DNA of 64,000 nucleotides from Antedon mediterranea (taxonomy: Eukaryota > Animalia > Echinodermata), in contig NC_092675.1 in assembly GCF_964355755.1 (NCBI RefSeq), positions 23,098,912 through 23,162,911 on the forward strand. Reading direction: 5' to 3'. Below the pieces are notes generated by a model. That model did not search any database, was not told where the DNA came from, and was given only the letters and a program-made list of their open reading frames with translations. Each line of letters opens with the position of its first letter. Within the stretch, counting starts at the first letter, position 1. This document shows, piece by piece, positions 12,501 to 25,966 of this stretch. The position numbers and the translations under genes were made by a program.

Positions 12501-13283
12501 GATTAACATTAAAAACAGTTTATTTTTCTAAGTTAAGTTTCAATTCACATTCGAATCTGATTGGTTGAGAAAAAAGTGAAATGAACATGATTACGAATAC
12601 CGCTACAAAGTTGAGCAATAGAGGGAGCCAAACATTATCGTTTACACTTTATTATATTTTTTACAAAGCGTGAAATAAATATTATTATTATTATGATATA
12701 GTAATTAATTTTGTCAAAAATAGAAGGGTCAAATTTTTTGAAAAAAAATGAAAAAAATCAAGAAATGGGCAGAACCCAATATGTGATTATGCGCATGTCA
12801 TATTAAGATGTTTCAACTGTATTTAGTAACATAAGCAGAACACAATAATATGTGATTTTGCGCATGTCACACTATAATAATATAGTAACAGGGCAAATTT
12901 TGGCCATATTAGTTCTATAGTATAGGCATTTTTTGACAAAATGTTACAAGGCAAAATGTTGACCTTTTTATTTTTTGACATAACTGCTTACTATGCGTCT
13001 ATAAGATGATGATAACGCAATATACGCATATATATAGTAATATTATTGCATAATAATTGAATTTTTTTTAAACTGCATATTTTGCCAATTTTTCGTAAAA
13101 TGGCCGATTTTCGACCCCTTTTATTTTTTGACATAAATGGTTACTATAGTATAACAAACATGCGCAGAGTCGAATAATGGGTTCTGCGCGTGTCAATTGT
13201 GCTATAGTAACCACTTTTGACATATATGGTTACTATAGTATGATAAACATGCGCAGAGGCGAATAATGGGTTCTGCTTATGTC

Positions 13284-13705
13284 ATTCATTCATTCATTCA
13301 TTCATTTATTCGGTTATAATCAACATAAAATACATGATTACATAACAATGTTACAATACAAAAAGTTAAAACTTGAGACTCACAATTAAAAGGAGTAAAA
13401 AATGTTATAAACAATCTAAAACAATGCAAATGTCTAAAATGATGGTTAAAAATGGTTTAAAAAAGGTTTAAAAATAGCATAAAAACAGCATTAAAACAGA
13501 AACCGTTCAGTACCATAGTTAAAAAGTCATTAAAAATACAAATTATAAAACAATAGAATATAAAAAAGCGTTCAGTTAAAAAGTAAGAAACAGAATAAAG
13601 TTATGAACATTAAGAGAAAAACAGTTAAGTTGATTTCGACCAGGATAGCCCAAAAAACCAATTACCTAGGTTTATTTCCGTTGGGGTCCTGTAGAATTGT
13701 ATTCA
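13284..13705 (-). mobile_element. LINE (L2-group-like) 3' UTR fragment with (GAAT)n tail, inserted in the array
   Basis: (ATTC)n on +; - strand CAGGACCCC...GGGCTATCCTG stem-loop; array sequence resumes on both sides. Confidence 0.55.
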
Positions 13706-14815
13706 TATCAATTGTGCTATAGTAACCAGTTTTATCGAAAAATTAAAATGTCGACAATTTGCCATTTCTGTGCTATACATGGAAATTTTCGAAAAAATCG
13801 CTGATTTTCGACCCTTTTATTTGTTGACATAAATGGTTACTATAGTATAATAAACATGCGCAGAGTCAAATAATGGGTTCTGCGCAGGTCAATTGTGCTA
13901 TAGTAACCACTTTTGACATAAATGGTTACTATAGTATAATAAACATGCGCAGAGGCGAATAATGGGTTCTGCGCATGTCAATTGTGCTATAGTAACCAGT
14001 TTTATCAAAAAATAAAAAGGTCGACAATTTGCCATTTTTTGAAAAATCCCTGTGCATGGAAATTTTCGAAAAATGGCCGATTTTCGACCCTTTTATTTTT
14101 TTACATAAATGGTTACTATAGTATAATAAACATGCGCAGAGTCGAATAATGGGTTCTGCGCATGTCAATTGTGCTATAGTAACCACTTTTGACATAAATG
14201 GTTACTATAGTATAATAAACATGCGCAGAGGCGAATAATGGGTTCTGAGCATGTCAATTGTGCTATAGTAACCAGTTTTATCGAAAAATAAAAATTTCGA
14301 AAATTTGTCATTTTTTGAAAAATCCTTGTGCTATAGTACATGGAAATTTTCGAAAAAATCGCCGATTTTCGACCCTTTTAGTTTTTTTACATAAGTGGTT
14401 ACTATAGTATAATAAACATGCGCAGAGTCGAATAATGGGTTCTCCGCATGTCAATTGTACTATAGTAACCACTATGGACATAAATGGTTACTATAGTATA
14501 ATAAACATGCGCAGAGGCGAATAATGGGTTCTGCGCATGTCAATTGTGCTATAGTAACCAGTTTTATCGAAAAATAAAAATTTCGAAAATTTGCCATTTT
14601 TTGAAAAATCCTTGTGCTATAGTACATGGAAATTTTCGAAAAAATCGCCGATTTTCGACCCTTTTAGTTTTTTTACATAAGTGGTTACTATAGTATAATA
14701 AACATGCGCAGAGTCGAATAATGGGTTCTCCGCATGTCAATTGTGCTATAGTAACCACTATGGACATAAATGGTTACTATAGTATAATAAACATGCGCAG
14801 AGGCGAATAATGGGG

Positions 14816-15437
14816 TTCAAATGTTAATGATATAACATCAAGAGCCTCACGTAGACTATTTTCACTATGTATCCTGAAAAGGTCTAGTGCACCAGTCAGT
14901 GACCTGGTTACAGTATTTACATCATATATCAGACCTGTGCTGGAATATGCCTGCCAGGTTTGGCATTCATCATTAACTGTTCAGCAATCTAATTTAATAG
15001 AAAAAATTCAAAAACGGGCTTTGCGCATAATTTTGAGCCCACATTATGTTAGCTATGAATTAGCCTTAGAGCAAGTAGGTTTGCCTTCTTTAAAGTCCCG
15101 TAGAGAACAGATTCTTCTCAAGTTTGGCAAGAGTCTTTTAGAATCTACCAAATTTAGAAATATGTTACCAGCATATAAATCTGATAGGCATTCAAGATCG
15201 TTAAGGAGCAATACTAGTTCAAAGTTGGATTCTTGCAGATGTCGCACTGAAAGATATAGGCGGTCTACTATTCCACACTTAGCACGAATCCTTTAAGTTT
15301 AATGTTTAGTTTAGATCTTCTTTGATGTATTTTATTTCTCAGTTGATTGTAATCCAACCTTTTCAGCTCTTGCTGCTGGTTGGAATTTGATGTTTTTATA
15401 CCTTAATAAATAAATAAATAAATAAATAAATAAAAAA
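14816..15437 (+). mobile_element. 5'-truncated CR1/L2-group LINE (RT C-terminal region) with (TAAA)n tail
   Basis: Open frame ..RASRRLFSLCILKRS..YIRPVLEYACQVWHSSLT..IEKIQKRALRII..L.RRE..RTERYRRSTIP to a stop at 15296; short AATGGG(TTC) duplication at both ends. Confidence 0.9.
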
Positions 15438-15868
15438 ATGGGTTCTGCGCATGTCAATTGTGCTATAGTAACCAGTTTTATCGAAAAATAAAAATTTCGA
15501 AAATTTGCCATTTTTTGAAAAATCCTTGTGCTATAGTACATGGAAATTTTCGAAAAAATCGCCGATTTTCAGCCCTTTTAGTTTTTTTACATAAGTGGTT
15601 ACTATAGTATAATAAACATGCGCAGAGTCGAATAATGAGTTCTGCGCATGTCAATTGTGCTATGGTAACCACTTTTGACATACATGGTTACTATATAGTA
15701 TAATAAACCTGCGCAGAGGCGAATACTGGGTTCTGCGCATGTCAATTGTGCTATAGTAACCAGTTTTATTGAAAAATAAAAAGTTCGAAAATTCGAAAAA
15801 ATCGCCGATTTTCGACCCTTTTATTTTTTGACATAAATGGTTACTATAGTATAATAAACATGCGCAGA

Positions 15869-16183
15869 GGTGAGTGGCCGAGCGGTTAAGACAGTGGAAC
15901 CGTAATCACGTAGCCATAACATCGGCAGGGGTTCGAGGCTCACTCACTCCATGGTTCTGGTGGTAGAACGAGTCTTCTCGGATAAGGACTATAAACCGTA
16001 GGTCCAGTGTACACAACTTGCTCGTGTGCACTTTAAAAAACCTAGTACATCTTTCGAGACGAGTAGGGGGTTACCCCGGTGTATTAGTACATCACAGCCA
16101 CTGATCACCAACTGGGCCCTCTGGGAGACCAGTCTTTGACTGAAGAGGTTACCCAGTATAAATATATATTTCAATTCAATTTC
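15869..16183 (+). mobile_element. Full-length tRNA-derived SINE with Deu/Nin-like central domain and (TTCAA)n tail
   Basis: A box GTGGCCGAGCGGTTAAG, B box GGTTCGAGGC, core CGGATAAGGACTATAAACCG..GTCC..TTCGAGACGAGTAGGGG..CCCCGGTGT. Degenerate relatives at ~17925-18020, ~29555-29690 and ~54140-54210. Confidence 0.8.
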
Positions 16184-19100
16184 AATAATGGGTTCTGCTT
16201 ATGTCAATTGTGCTATAGTAACCAGTTTTATCGAAAAAATAAAAATGTCGACAATTTGCCATTTTTTGAAAAATCTCTGTGCTATAGTACATGGAAATTT
16301 TCGAAAAAATCGCTCAATAACTCAATATATACCGGTAGTAATTTATTGTATAATAATGCATATTTTGGCCATTTTTCGAAAAAATGCGCAAATATTCACC
16401 TTTTTGTTTTTTGACTGCTTACTATGCGTCTATAAGATGATGATAACGCAATATACGCATATATTAATATAGCAATACTATTGCATAATAATTGAATTTT
16501 AAAAAGTTCATATTTTGGCCTTTTTACGAAAAATCACTGTGCTATATATAGTAGAGGGATTTTTTAAAAAAAGGACAACATTTTGACAATTTTATTTTTT
16601 GACATAACTGCCTACTGACAATACAATAGGTATATGGCAACCCAATAATATTAATATGCACTGAGGTAATATGCGTAGAAAACACAATGTGATTATGCGC
16701 ATGACACATTATGATAATTATAGTAACTGATTATGCCAACAATAAAAGGGTCGAATTTTGGCAATATTTTGAACATAATCAGGACACGTGCAGAACCAAT
16801 AACTGATTTTGCGCAATGTCTCTTATAGGCCTAGTTATTGTTTTTTTCTCATTATTTCAGTATGAGTTTTCTCTCTTGCCAATCGCCAGAACGTGCCGCT
16901 ATTACAGAAACGGCTGTTTTGTACAGTACATTGAATCGTTTTATCTTGATTGGCATATCGTGACGTGTTTTTTTAATTGATTAATTATTGATAACTGGTT
17001 TGTTAATTAGCTTTGACATGCCTTACAAATTGTATTAGTAGGTATTGCATTGTCACGCCCATCGTGTCGTGTTCAATATATTTCGATTAATTAACTCGTC
17101 ACCAATTAGGAAAGTTGAATACTGTACTATCTTACAGTAATATGTAATTGATATTTAATTAGTAATGATAATTAATAAATCATTGTTTCATTCTTATTCG
17201 TATTATATTTCCAGTAACTTTATTTTATTTTGTTATGATAAATTTGGAGAAAAGCCATTTAACCGTTCGGAGATACACGTAAACATGTTGAACGATGAGA
17301 ACTTACTGTGATCTCGGCGTGTGCAGATACCCAGTGATGTGTTTACCGTAGGTCCAAATAAGTGAATCAAGACAGTAGTGTTTCACTCTTATTGTTAAAT
17401 TTTTCGTTAAATACAATAAGTGTGTAAAAACAATAATAACAAATTCAAATATTAATATAAGATTACTTTGAATTACTGTACAGCATTACTTTTAGACAGA
17501 GGTGTACTTAGAGGGACTATTAGTGATCATTTGAATACAATATATTATACACGCATATTTTCACACACGTTATAATAATGTCATAATTTGGAACGCATCG
17601 ATTAGACACAGTGACAGCCAGAACGCTGCTGATGATGAGGCGTTCAGCAATATTTATGATCATATAAATTTAATTCGTAACCTAATCTAACCTAACAATA
17701 ATCTACTTTTTATTTAGTACAATATGTTATGTCGGCTTTGAGGACCATCATCTTTACACACCTTTGCACACGGCACGTCGATGTGAACTTCGATGTGATG
17801 TTGGTATTTGTATACAGACATTTGGTAGGTCATGTTTAAATTATGTTCCACACTTCATTCCATTTTAGGTCCTCATTCCTTATTTAAGACAGGGCACCGT
17901 TTACCGTACCCAAAGAGCCAACGACATCGGCATGTTCGAGGGCAACTTGTTCCTAGTCCTAGTGGTGAAAAAACGTCTCGGAAAAGTGTACCCGTTGTAC
18001 TTTAACGAACCCCGGTGAACTGTTTCTCAAAATAGCCATATCTGATAGAACTATAAAATCCCGGATACTGGCAAATAAGGTAACATTACGGTAGGCATAT
18101 ACAGTCCCAGTAACGAAACGACAATGGTATACATGTGTCTTGTTAAAGTAGGTTCGATTTGTAAACTCAATAAAAACATTACATTTGCTGCTGTTTCAAA
18201 TAGCCTACTTTTTCTAGTTGTATATATTGAGTAGTACTATGCCTAAGCTATGTATGCAGACGGAAGGGCACACTAACCAAGTGCTCATTACTCACGGATA
18301 CATTCTATTATCCATTCAATTTGTAAGTATGTCTACCTGAAAACTGGAGATGACGACCAGCGAATCAAATTCCCTGGGAATGTCCGAGTCATCTCACCGC
18401 TGAAACTACCTGAATCGTGACAAAAAGGTGGCTTCAAGGTACAAATATTCTTCTTCATGCCCCGCTTAAAGAGTCCTATTTTATCTGACCTTATTTATAC
18501 AATTGTACATTTCTACCCATTGCTTGTACTTTTGTTGAACTAAGTCCTTAGAATTACATCTAATAGACAATTGAATATTGTAGAAGGAATGCATGCTATT
18601 TTTGATTGATTACAATTTAATTTTAATTTACGAACATGGGAATCAAGTACATTAATGTTAACCACATACGATTCAATTAATTACATTACTTAAGTTTTGT
18701 TTTAATAATTAAATTAAGCTATTTACATAGTCGACAATCGATAATGAAATCATGAGTAGGTTTTGTATAGATAATAAACCCTATATTATTGTAATGTGAC
18801 CAATTAATTATCTCATTATTGTTTTGAGTTAACACTTTGTTAGCTTTGAATTAGTTAATTAGTTCTTTGTCAACATTTTAATTAATCAGTCAACAACAAT
18901 GTCATTTATCCCATCATAAATTATATATTTGTTTAAATAAGTAAACATTAATAAGTAAATTTAATTGTATTAAAATAAAGTCTGACACGACTGTAATTGA
19001 AAGAAAACTTATCTCTACAGTAGGACACGACTGATCAACGTATGAGGCTCAATGCCAACCTCCTGAAATCATGATGTAATTTAGTACGGTAACTGTTTTT

Positions 19101-19984
19101 TATTTGATGTTCCTCCTAAAATCTGAATGTGTAAATTAAGGACTTTCTATTAAAAATTGTCAATTAGTCGTTTTGTTATGCTTTGTTGTTGAATGCTCTT
19201 TCTTTCTTTCTTTTTTCCCCTGTAGTTTAGATTTCTGATGATATATTTGTGTGGGTGTACATACACCATGCTGCCATTCGTACTGTAGTTCATTTTAATA
19301 ACATTAATTTTGCCGAAATGACAACCTCTTGTTTAGAGACAGGTAAATATTTCACGAACGAAATGTTGAAGTAATTAAGTAAATCTTTCTTACTTGGCGT
19401 TCTCAAAGTTTATATCTGAATGTGTTAAATCTTAATGGCTTTCTGTCAACGATTGTCAATTGGTAGATTGATGCTGCTCTTTTTCTGAATATCAGTGGTT
19501 GGGTTATATTTGTCCTGGTATACATGCTTCGTTTTGTAGATGGACCATGGTGGTTGGAATATTGTTCATCAGCAATACTAGTAATATTGTTGAGTGGCTT
19601 GAGCGTGCACAATGCGATCCTAGAAAGGCTGTTATTATCATTGTCGTTGAGTGTACAATGCAACTCCAGTCATTGCAACTCTTACAATTGCCTTACAACT
19701 GCATTGGTTTTAGAAAGTACACTACGATTTTATGACTGCTGGAAAAACAGTGTTGTTGGTCGACATCATTGCATTAATGGCAAAATGTATATCAGATAAA
19801 AAGGTCTCTTATAGATGACGTATTAAGCGTAAATTGAAGTTCTAAGATGTTAACAGGCGTTTTTACTAACGGAGTTTCGTGCAAAGTATGAGCACTGAAG
19901 TTGGTAAGTTAACTGTTGGTGGTTGATGTAATTCATATCCATTATTATAAATTATTATACATTATAAAGCAGTTGAGTGATCTT

Positions 19985-22900
19985 CTACCTCTGGTGATCA
20001 AGAGGGTCTCGTGGAATCAGATACCCATCACGATCACTACCTCTAGAACAATTTGACATCTGTGACATATTTCTTTTCATTGTACTAAATTTTAAACTTA
20101 TCTCATCATACTGATTGTATCTTGAATGATCTGATATTACATTATCGTCAAATCTTTGATAGAATTGATTATGGTGATTTTTGGCAGAATACTGAGCCCG
20201 TGGAAGTGTACGTATATTGTAGGCCCGGCCACCTGGATGGTGGTCATGTGTGGCATGTGGGGTACTATATTCAACTTGATGCATCCGGTTTCTTTGTGAA
20301 CTTGCATATCGTATCGGTTGGTAATCGTGTGGTCCAGAATCTATTATTAACGGCTTTTGTTTTTTATTATTTTCTAATGGTAAATTGACGTATCGTGGCT
20401 TAGTTTCAGCTGGCATTGTCTTTGTTGTGTTAAAGCCACACATTCCACCTATCCGCTTAATGTTTGGTTTTGGCTTTATAGGGGGTTTAAAAGATGTTAT
20501 AGGTCTTCTGCTATAGTCGTTTAAGACCACTTGTTTGGTTGAATGCAGACGATGAGGAAGGAGATTGTAGTAACGATCATCAGGAGCATCTATATAAAAA
20601 GACGTCATTCTTTTTGCCCGGTTTAGCATTGTGACCCTGTCCGACATGACCTCATTCACGTCTTCTTTTTTGCTACCACTTGGAAGAAAAGAAACAATCA
20701 ATCAACCAATCGTTCGATGTATACAGCGCCATTCCAATACAATTATTTCAATAACTAACCATCGAAAACATATTGTGGTTGAAAAAATAAATAAATTGTC
20801 GTCGACTTAGCTGACCTGACAATCGCTGTTTTTTAAACGGTCATTTCTAATCTTTGTGTCGTCTCTTATGATATTAATAAATTTACATCCATTAAAATAA
20901 ACATATACATACAAATAATAACAACACTGTTGTTTCCCCTCATTTCCAAACATCTAGTTCCCCTGAATATAAAACTCAACGCACGGTCACACTTACCTAT
21001 ATATTCTACAAAATACAAATATCACCAAACCCATCATGATTACTCCAAACACACATATAACAGCAATCAACAAATCTGTAATACATTTAATATTGCTTTA
21101 CTTAACATATAAATCACCAAACTTTTAAGGGGACGTGTTGGTTGTTTTAATTACGTTACGTATTTTAATGTTTTCTTCTACGGAGGGAGTAAGCTTATGA
21201 GAAGGAACGAAAGTAGGCTGTTTGGTATTGTTTCTCGCTGTACATTGTATTAAATGGTATTATGTTGCTTCAGTATTGAGAGCTACCTATGTAAAGGGTG
21301 TGTGAAAATTATTATAAAGCGGTTAAATACCTTTAGAAAAAAGTTTTTCCGGATGCATTTTATCTGGATAATTGGTATCTGTATATTGTGGCGTGGTTTG
21401 AATTATATCCGGATATACACTTGGACGCTGACTTGGTTTTGGTTCCATACCTTATTTAAAAAAGGTCAAGTCAAACTATGTTATTAAGTAGCTAAATGTG
21501 AAATTTTCACTGAAATCACATGATCGTATAACCATGGCACTCATAATGTTTAGGTCAAAATGAAAGATGAAGCAGAAAGATGTTCCGGCCAATCGCCAAT
21601 GTTACACCTTACATGATACAGGCACTGCATGTGATAAACATGATAATGGGGAAATACTGTCGTATGTGGAGATACACAAACTTACATAACTGATAATCAA
21701 AAAACAGTTAATTATCATCATACCTAAATTTGTCTTGTATTGCATTACAAATCCGCGCTGGGAAATATAGCCTTTAGTACTAGTTTCCAACTCTACTATT
21801 AACTCTGACGTCACAACTGGATCAATTACTGGAATAACTCCTTGGAATTGATCTCCTGCCAATACCAACCTGCGATTCATTTTAGTCGTCAGTGTCATAT
21901 TATCTGACGACCCTAGTTGAAACATTTCGAATTTAAGATGGATCACGGAAGTACCGCGTGCTTTAATTGTCCATTGGCAGACAGAGTTGTAGGTGGATGT
22001 TGACGGGAAAGACGGAGATGTTATGTAACCAGAAGGGCTGCTGTATACAGCACCGCATGAACCTATTTCAGCTGACAATACAGAGACAATCATAATGTTA
22101 TTTTAATTTCACGTGATAAAAAAATTACATTAAAGTTCCGCAAGAACTGAAAGTATCATGACTCGTACATATTGGAGTGCCAACGATGAGTGAATATGGA
22201 AAAACATGTTCAAATTAATTCCATTGCTTCATCATAATTGTTAAAACTTAGTTAAACAAGATATTCGAAATTAAATGTTAGTAATTGTAACAATATTATA
22301 TAATCTATATCCTGTTTCTACATTTGTTGAAACATATTTTTCTTTTCACAGAGATACATTTTGATGTAAAATACGAGAAGCTATCTATTCCATTTTACTC
22401 ATGGTAAGGTACTACCCAAGTACAGACAATCCGTGAAATTAACTTACATTTGTAAACGGCTATGTGTAAAGCGCCACCACACGCTTGAGTACTATCCCCA
22501 GCACATGGCAATGCGCAGTTCCAGTTTTTACGTCTTTTTTCGGGAAATGATTTCGGATCCTTATTGTCACAGCAACACTCTTGGCCATGAGTTACACCTG
22601 CAAATACAAAACCCCGCCTTCTGCAGTATGCAGCGCACACATTAACCGTTATAGAGGAATCCGATGTACATACTTTACGTAGAGCTAACCCGTTTGATAG
22701 ATGACTGAAGCAACCTTGATATCCAGGAACTAAAAGGAAATATCAAAATGCATTTTGAAAATGAAAATAAGACAGGAAGTAGGTAAATGAAACATGATAT
22801 CAATTGTGTCAAATTACTAATAATTGGTAAATAAAACGAATGTAAAATTAAAATGTTATAAATCCTGTAAGCTTTCTGATACATTGTTTGAGCGGAGATG

Positions 22901-24572
22901 TTGTGTGCGTGGTGAGAGAATTAGAAAGGAACAAGCAATTAATGATTTGTATTTTTGTAAATGGACTTTAATATGAGTTGTCATAAGAGTGTTTGTAGTG
23001 AGGTACTATAAGAGTGAAACAATGTGTGTAGTCATGGGTGGAACAGAGTGAAGGGTTGGTGAGTTAGACTCATATTGTTCTTCTTTTATTGCAACCATAT
23101 TTAAATATCACCATCACCGTATGGACCAACAGACCCTCAAAGAAATAACATATTCATGATAAAACCCCCCAAAACAAAATATTTAAAATAGGGATTATTC
23201 TCATTGGTTAAAAATTGTGTTTAACTTTCGCTGAAAATAAAATTGATTCTTTTTTTTCAACATGCTATCCTTTATTGGATAGAATTCCTGTTTTCTGTTT
23301 TGCGAAACTTATCTGTTATTTACTACAGCTCAATTAGAATGAGTGTATTAATCAGGTAAAAAAACTAGGAACAGTGAACCTAAACGATTACTACAGTAAT
23401 TGAATGTTTCCCCTAATATGCTGTCAGTGAAGTAATTATTTTCTTTGTTTCGTTTACTTTTTTACTAATTAAAAAGGTATTTTTATATATGTATATTTTG
23501 TTCAGAGTATGTATTCAATGTCATTTAATTAAATTATTATTTTTATTCTCCAGATTTTCCCAAGGGCTGTACATTCTGTCATGCACTATAGTGAGTCGCA
23601 ATAACAGGTTTCGTTACATGTTTAATATTTATCCGTCATCGTTGATAGAATGTATTAGATGCTTGTTTTCCATTATATTAAAATTCTATAAATCAATCCT
23701 TTTGTGCATAAAACAAGGAGATAGTTTATTTATTAAAGACAAAAAAACGTTGGGCCAATGGTGAGTGAAATAGAGTTTAGAGATTTTTGTAAACATTGTT
23801 AGTTTAGAAATAAAAAAAATGTAAAATAATATAGCCAACATGAAATACATAGGCCTTACTCATAATGATAATAAGTGATTATAATAAATTCGGGTTCTAA
23901 AAACATTATAGGCCTACCATTGCACGTTACTCCAGCTGCCAGGCCCGCTGCACATTCTTCTTCTTCAACTGCAGAGTAATCGTTTCCAGTGAGCACATTT
24001 CTATGATTGCAATCTTGAACAGTTGACTCGAGGCCTGTACATGCTAAATTTGACAACATATATTTGCTGCGGCTCTTGCCGTTCTTGCCAATCTTGATAA
24101 ACATGGCACCTCTCCAATAACCTAAACGACATGCATCATTATACAATCCATGAAAATATTGAAAAGGCGTAAATTCTCTTTTGACCTCAGAGTAAACTTT
24201 GGAGATGTTGTTTACTAATTTGACCTAGTTAAAAATATATTTAAGCTTAAAGCTTAAATAAGAAAACAAATATATAAAACGATTTATTTTGCAATCTATG
24301 TATCTATGTATGTTGTAAATTTTTGTTTTGCTCTTTTAATTTATGTTAATAATTGCCAAATTTACAGTTCATGGACCAATATATAATCTTGAATCTTCTT
24401 GAGTTTAAAATAAAAAAACATTATACTGTATTGTATATACCAAGTTGTCGACAAACTACTTCGGCATCTTTCAAATCCCATCCTCTATTGCAGATACTAT
24501 CCCATGTTCCATTGCGAAACACTTCTACTCTTCCTTCATAAGGGGTGTGACCATCTCGGAGACGAACATATT
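19985..24572 (-). CDS. Type I membrane receptor SRCR-WSC-CUB-TM-cytoplasmic tail (Kremen/DMBT1-like); 5' signal-peptide exon not resolved
   Basis: Exons: 24441-24572 ([47 protein letters not shown]), 23918-24121 (rest of SRCR), 22448-22729 (WSC: GYQGCF...[29 protein letters not shown]), 21724-22071 (CUB: [29 protein letters not shown]), 21331-21450 (P/T-rich stalk), 20997-21075 ([24 protein letters not shown]), 19985-20678 (cytoplasmic tail). GT-AG sites and phases are compatible. Confidence 0.85.
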
Positions 24573-25917
24573 CTACGAAAAAATGGTATACAGATTACAA
24601 TAATAATTTTTCTAAATGTTTTTATTATTGGAAAAATTATGAAGAAATATACACAGAACTAGGTAATTTAGTTTAGAAAATATATCTACGGTATATTATA
24701 AAAAGGAAATAGAACATAATTACTGTATCCATGCGTCAAGTACAAATAAAGCTGAATAAAACATCCGAACAAGGTTCAACAATATGTCTCCGATAACTGT
24801 AGCGTATTGTCCATCTGAAGTCATCGTTTGACACTAACATTGATGGAGTCAACAAAAGGAAATAGACTAATTTCTGTTAATTCTGTAAGCAATTCAAAAC
24901 ACGAAGTCTTTCTAACAATCCCAAACAATATTGTGTTTGAATTGAGATTTCCACAGAGAAAAACAAAAATAAAATGAATATCACTTATTTCTTTTGTCAC
25001 AAGAAATGACAAATTATATCTGTATGTGTATGTATGTATATATGTATTCAGAAGCTAAACATTTTTTTTCTCTTTCGTGGGATAAGCCCACTTTTATTCA
25101 TTATTCCATTCATGACAAGGGTATACAAAGATTACATATTTTATGTATGTGTTTATAACATGTATGTACAATTATATGGTTAAAAGAGATATCTTTTTTA
25201 AAACATAACATACTTGGATATCTTTTAAAACCTAAACATAATTGGTTATATTGGCACATACCCTCTTATAAAATTTGGCTAAAGTATTGAAGCATTGTTT
25301 TTCTTTCTATATATCTTTCCTTCCTTTTCATCTTTCTGTTTTATAGTAAAATACAATAAGTGTATTACAAAAAAAATTACTTTTTGTATTCTTTTTAATT
25401 TTTCTCAATATAGAAGAAAGAAAAAGAAAGAAAGAGAAAAGAAAAAAAAACTAGTTTTCATTTCGATTTTATGAAATGTGATTCATTAATTTATCTTTTA
25501 CTTTAGTCCATTTAATGTGAGCTTTATTTACATTACAAGCATATTGGTTAGCTAATACATTTCTGAGTTCTATTCGGAACAAGCTCCAAATCACTGTTGA
25601 TCTTTTTGTATACCGGGTATTTTTCTGAAGATTTGATATTTAGAGATTTATAAATACAGAAGGTTAACAATGAGATTAACAGGTGCGGATTTGGTACAAA
25701 AAACATCGTCGCGTTGTAAAACATCAAGAATTGTCAGCGCGTACGTATTTTTTTCAAACAATTATGACGTCATTTATGAACATTTTGATTGGTCAGTTAG
25801 TTTTACCGATCGTAACGTTGAAGTTGAACTCGGTTAAACTTTAAAAAAAATTGATTTTAACGATTTTTAATGTTGATTTGTACCCCTTTTCCTGTAAAAT
25901 CGTATGTAAATGGGTGC

Positions 25918-25963
<46 letters not shown>
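25918..25963. repeat. (AT)n microsatellite
   Basis: About 22 uninterrupted AT units. Confidence 0.95.

Positions 25964-25966
<3 letters not shown>

Larger units (their letters stand above)
13130..16310. repeat. Palindromic tandem array: ~13 hairpin units of ~88 bp arranged as an A+B+linker higher-order repeat of ~286 bp; diverged flanks 12700-16820
   Basis: Unit TGGTTACTATAG-TATAATAA-ACATGCGCAGA-G(T/G)CGAATAATGGGT-TCTGCGCATGT-CAATTGTG-CTATAGTAACCA; period 286 between 14275 and 14561. Confidence 0.92.

Noticed and set aside
13130-16310. CRISPR array
   Set aside because: The intervening sequences are themselves repeated rather than unique spacers, there are no cas genes, and the context is eukaryotic.
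13929-16472. Repeated ORFs such as MSKVVTIAQLTCAEPIIRLCAC
   Set aside because: They are translations of the satellite units, with no coding evidence.
19403-19799. Overlapping short ORFs as an extra receptor exon
   Set aside because: No clean in-frame splice from the 19985 exon; more likely 3' UTR.
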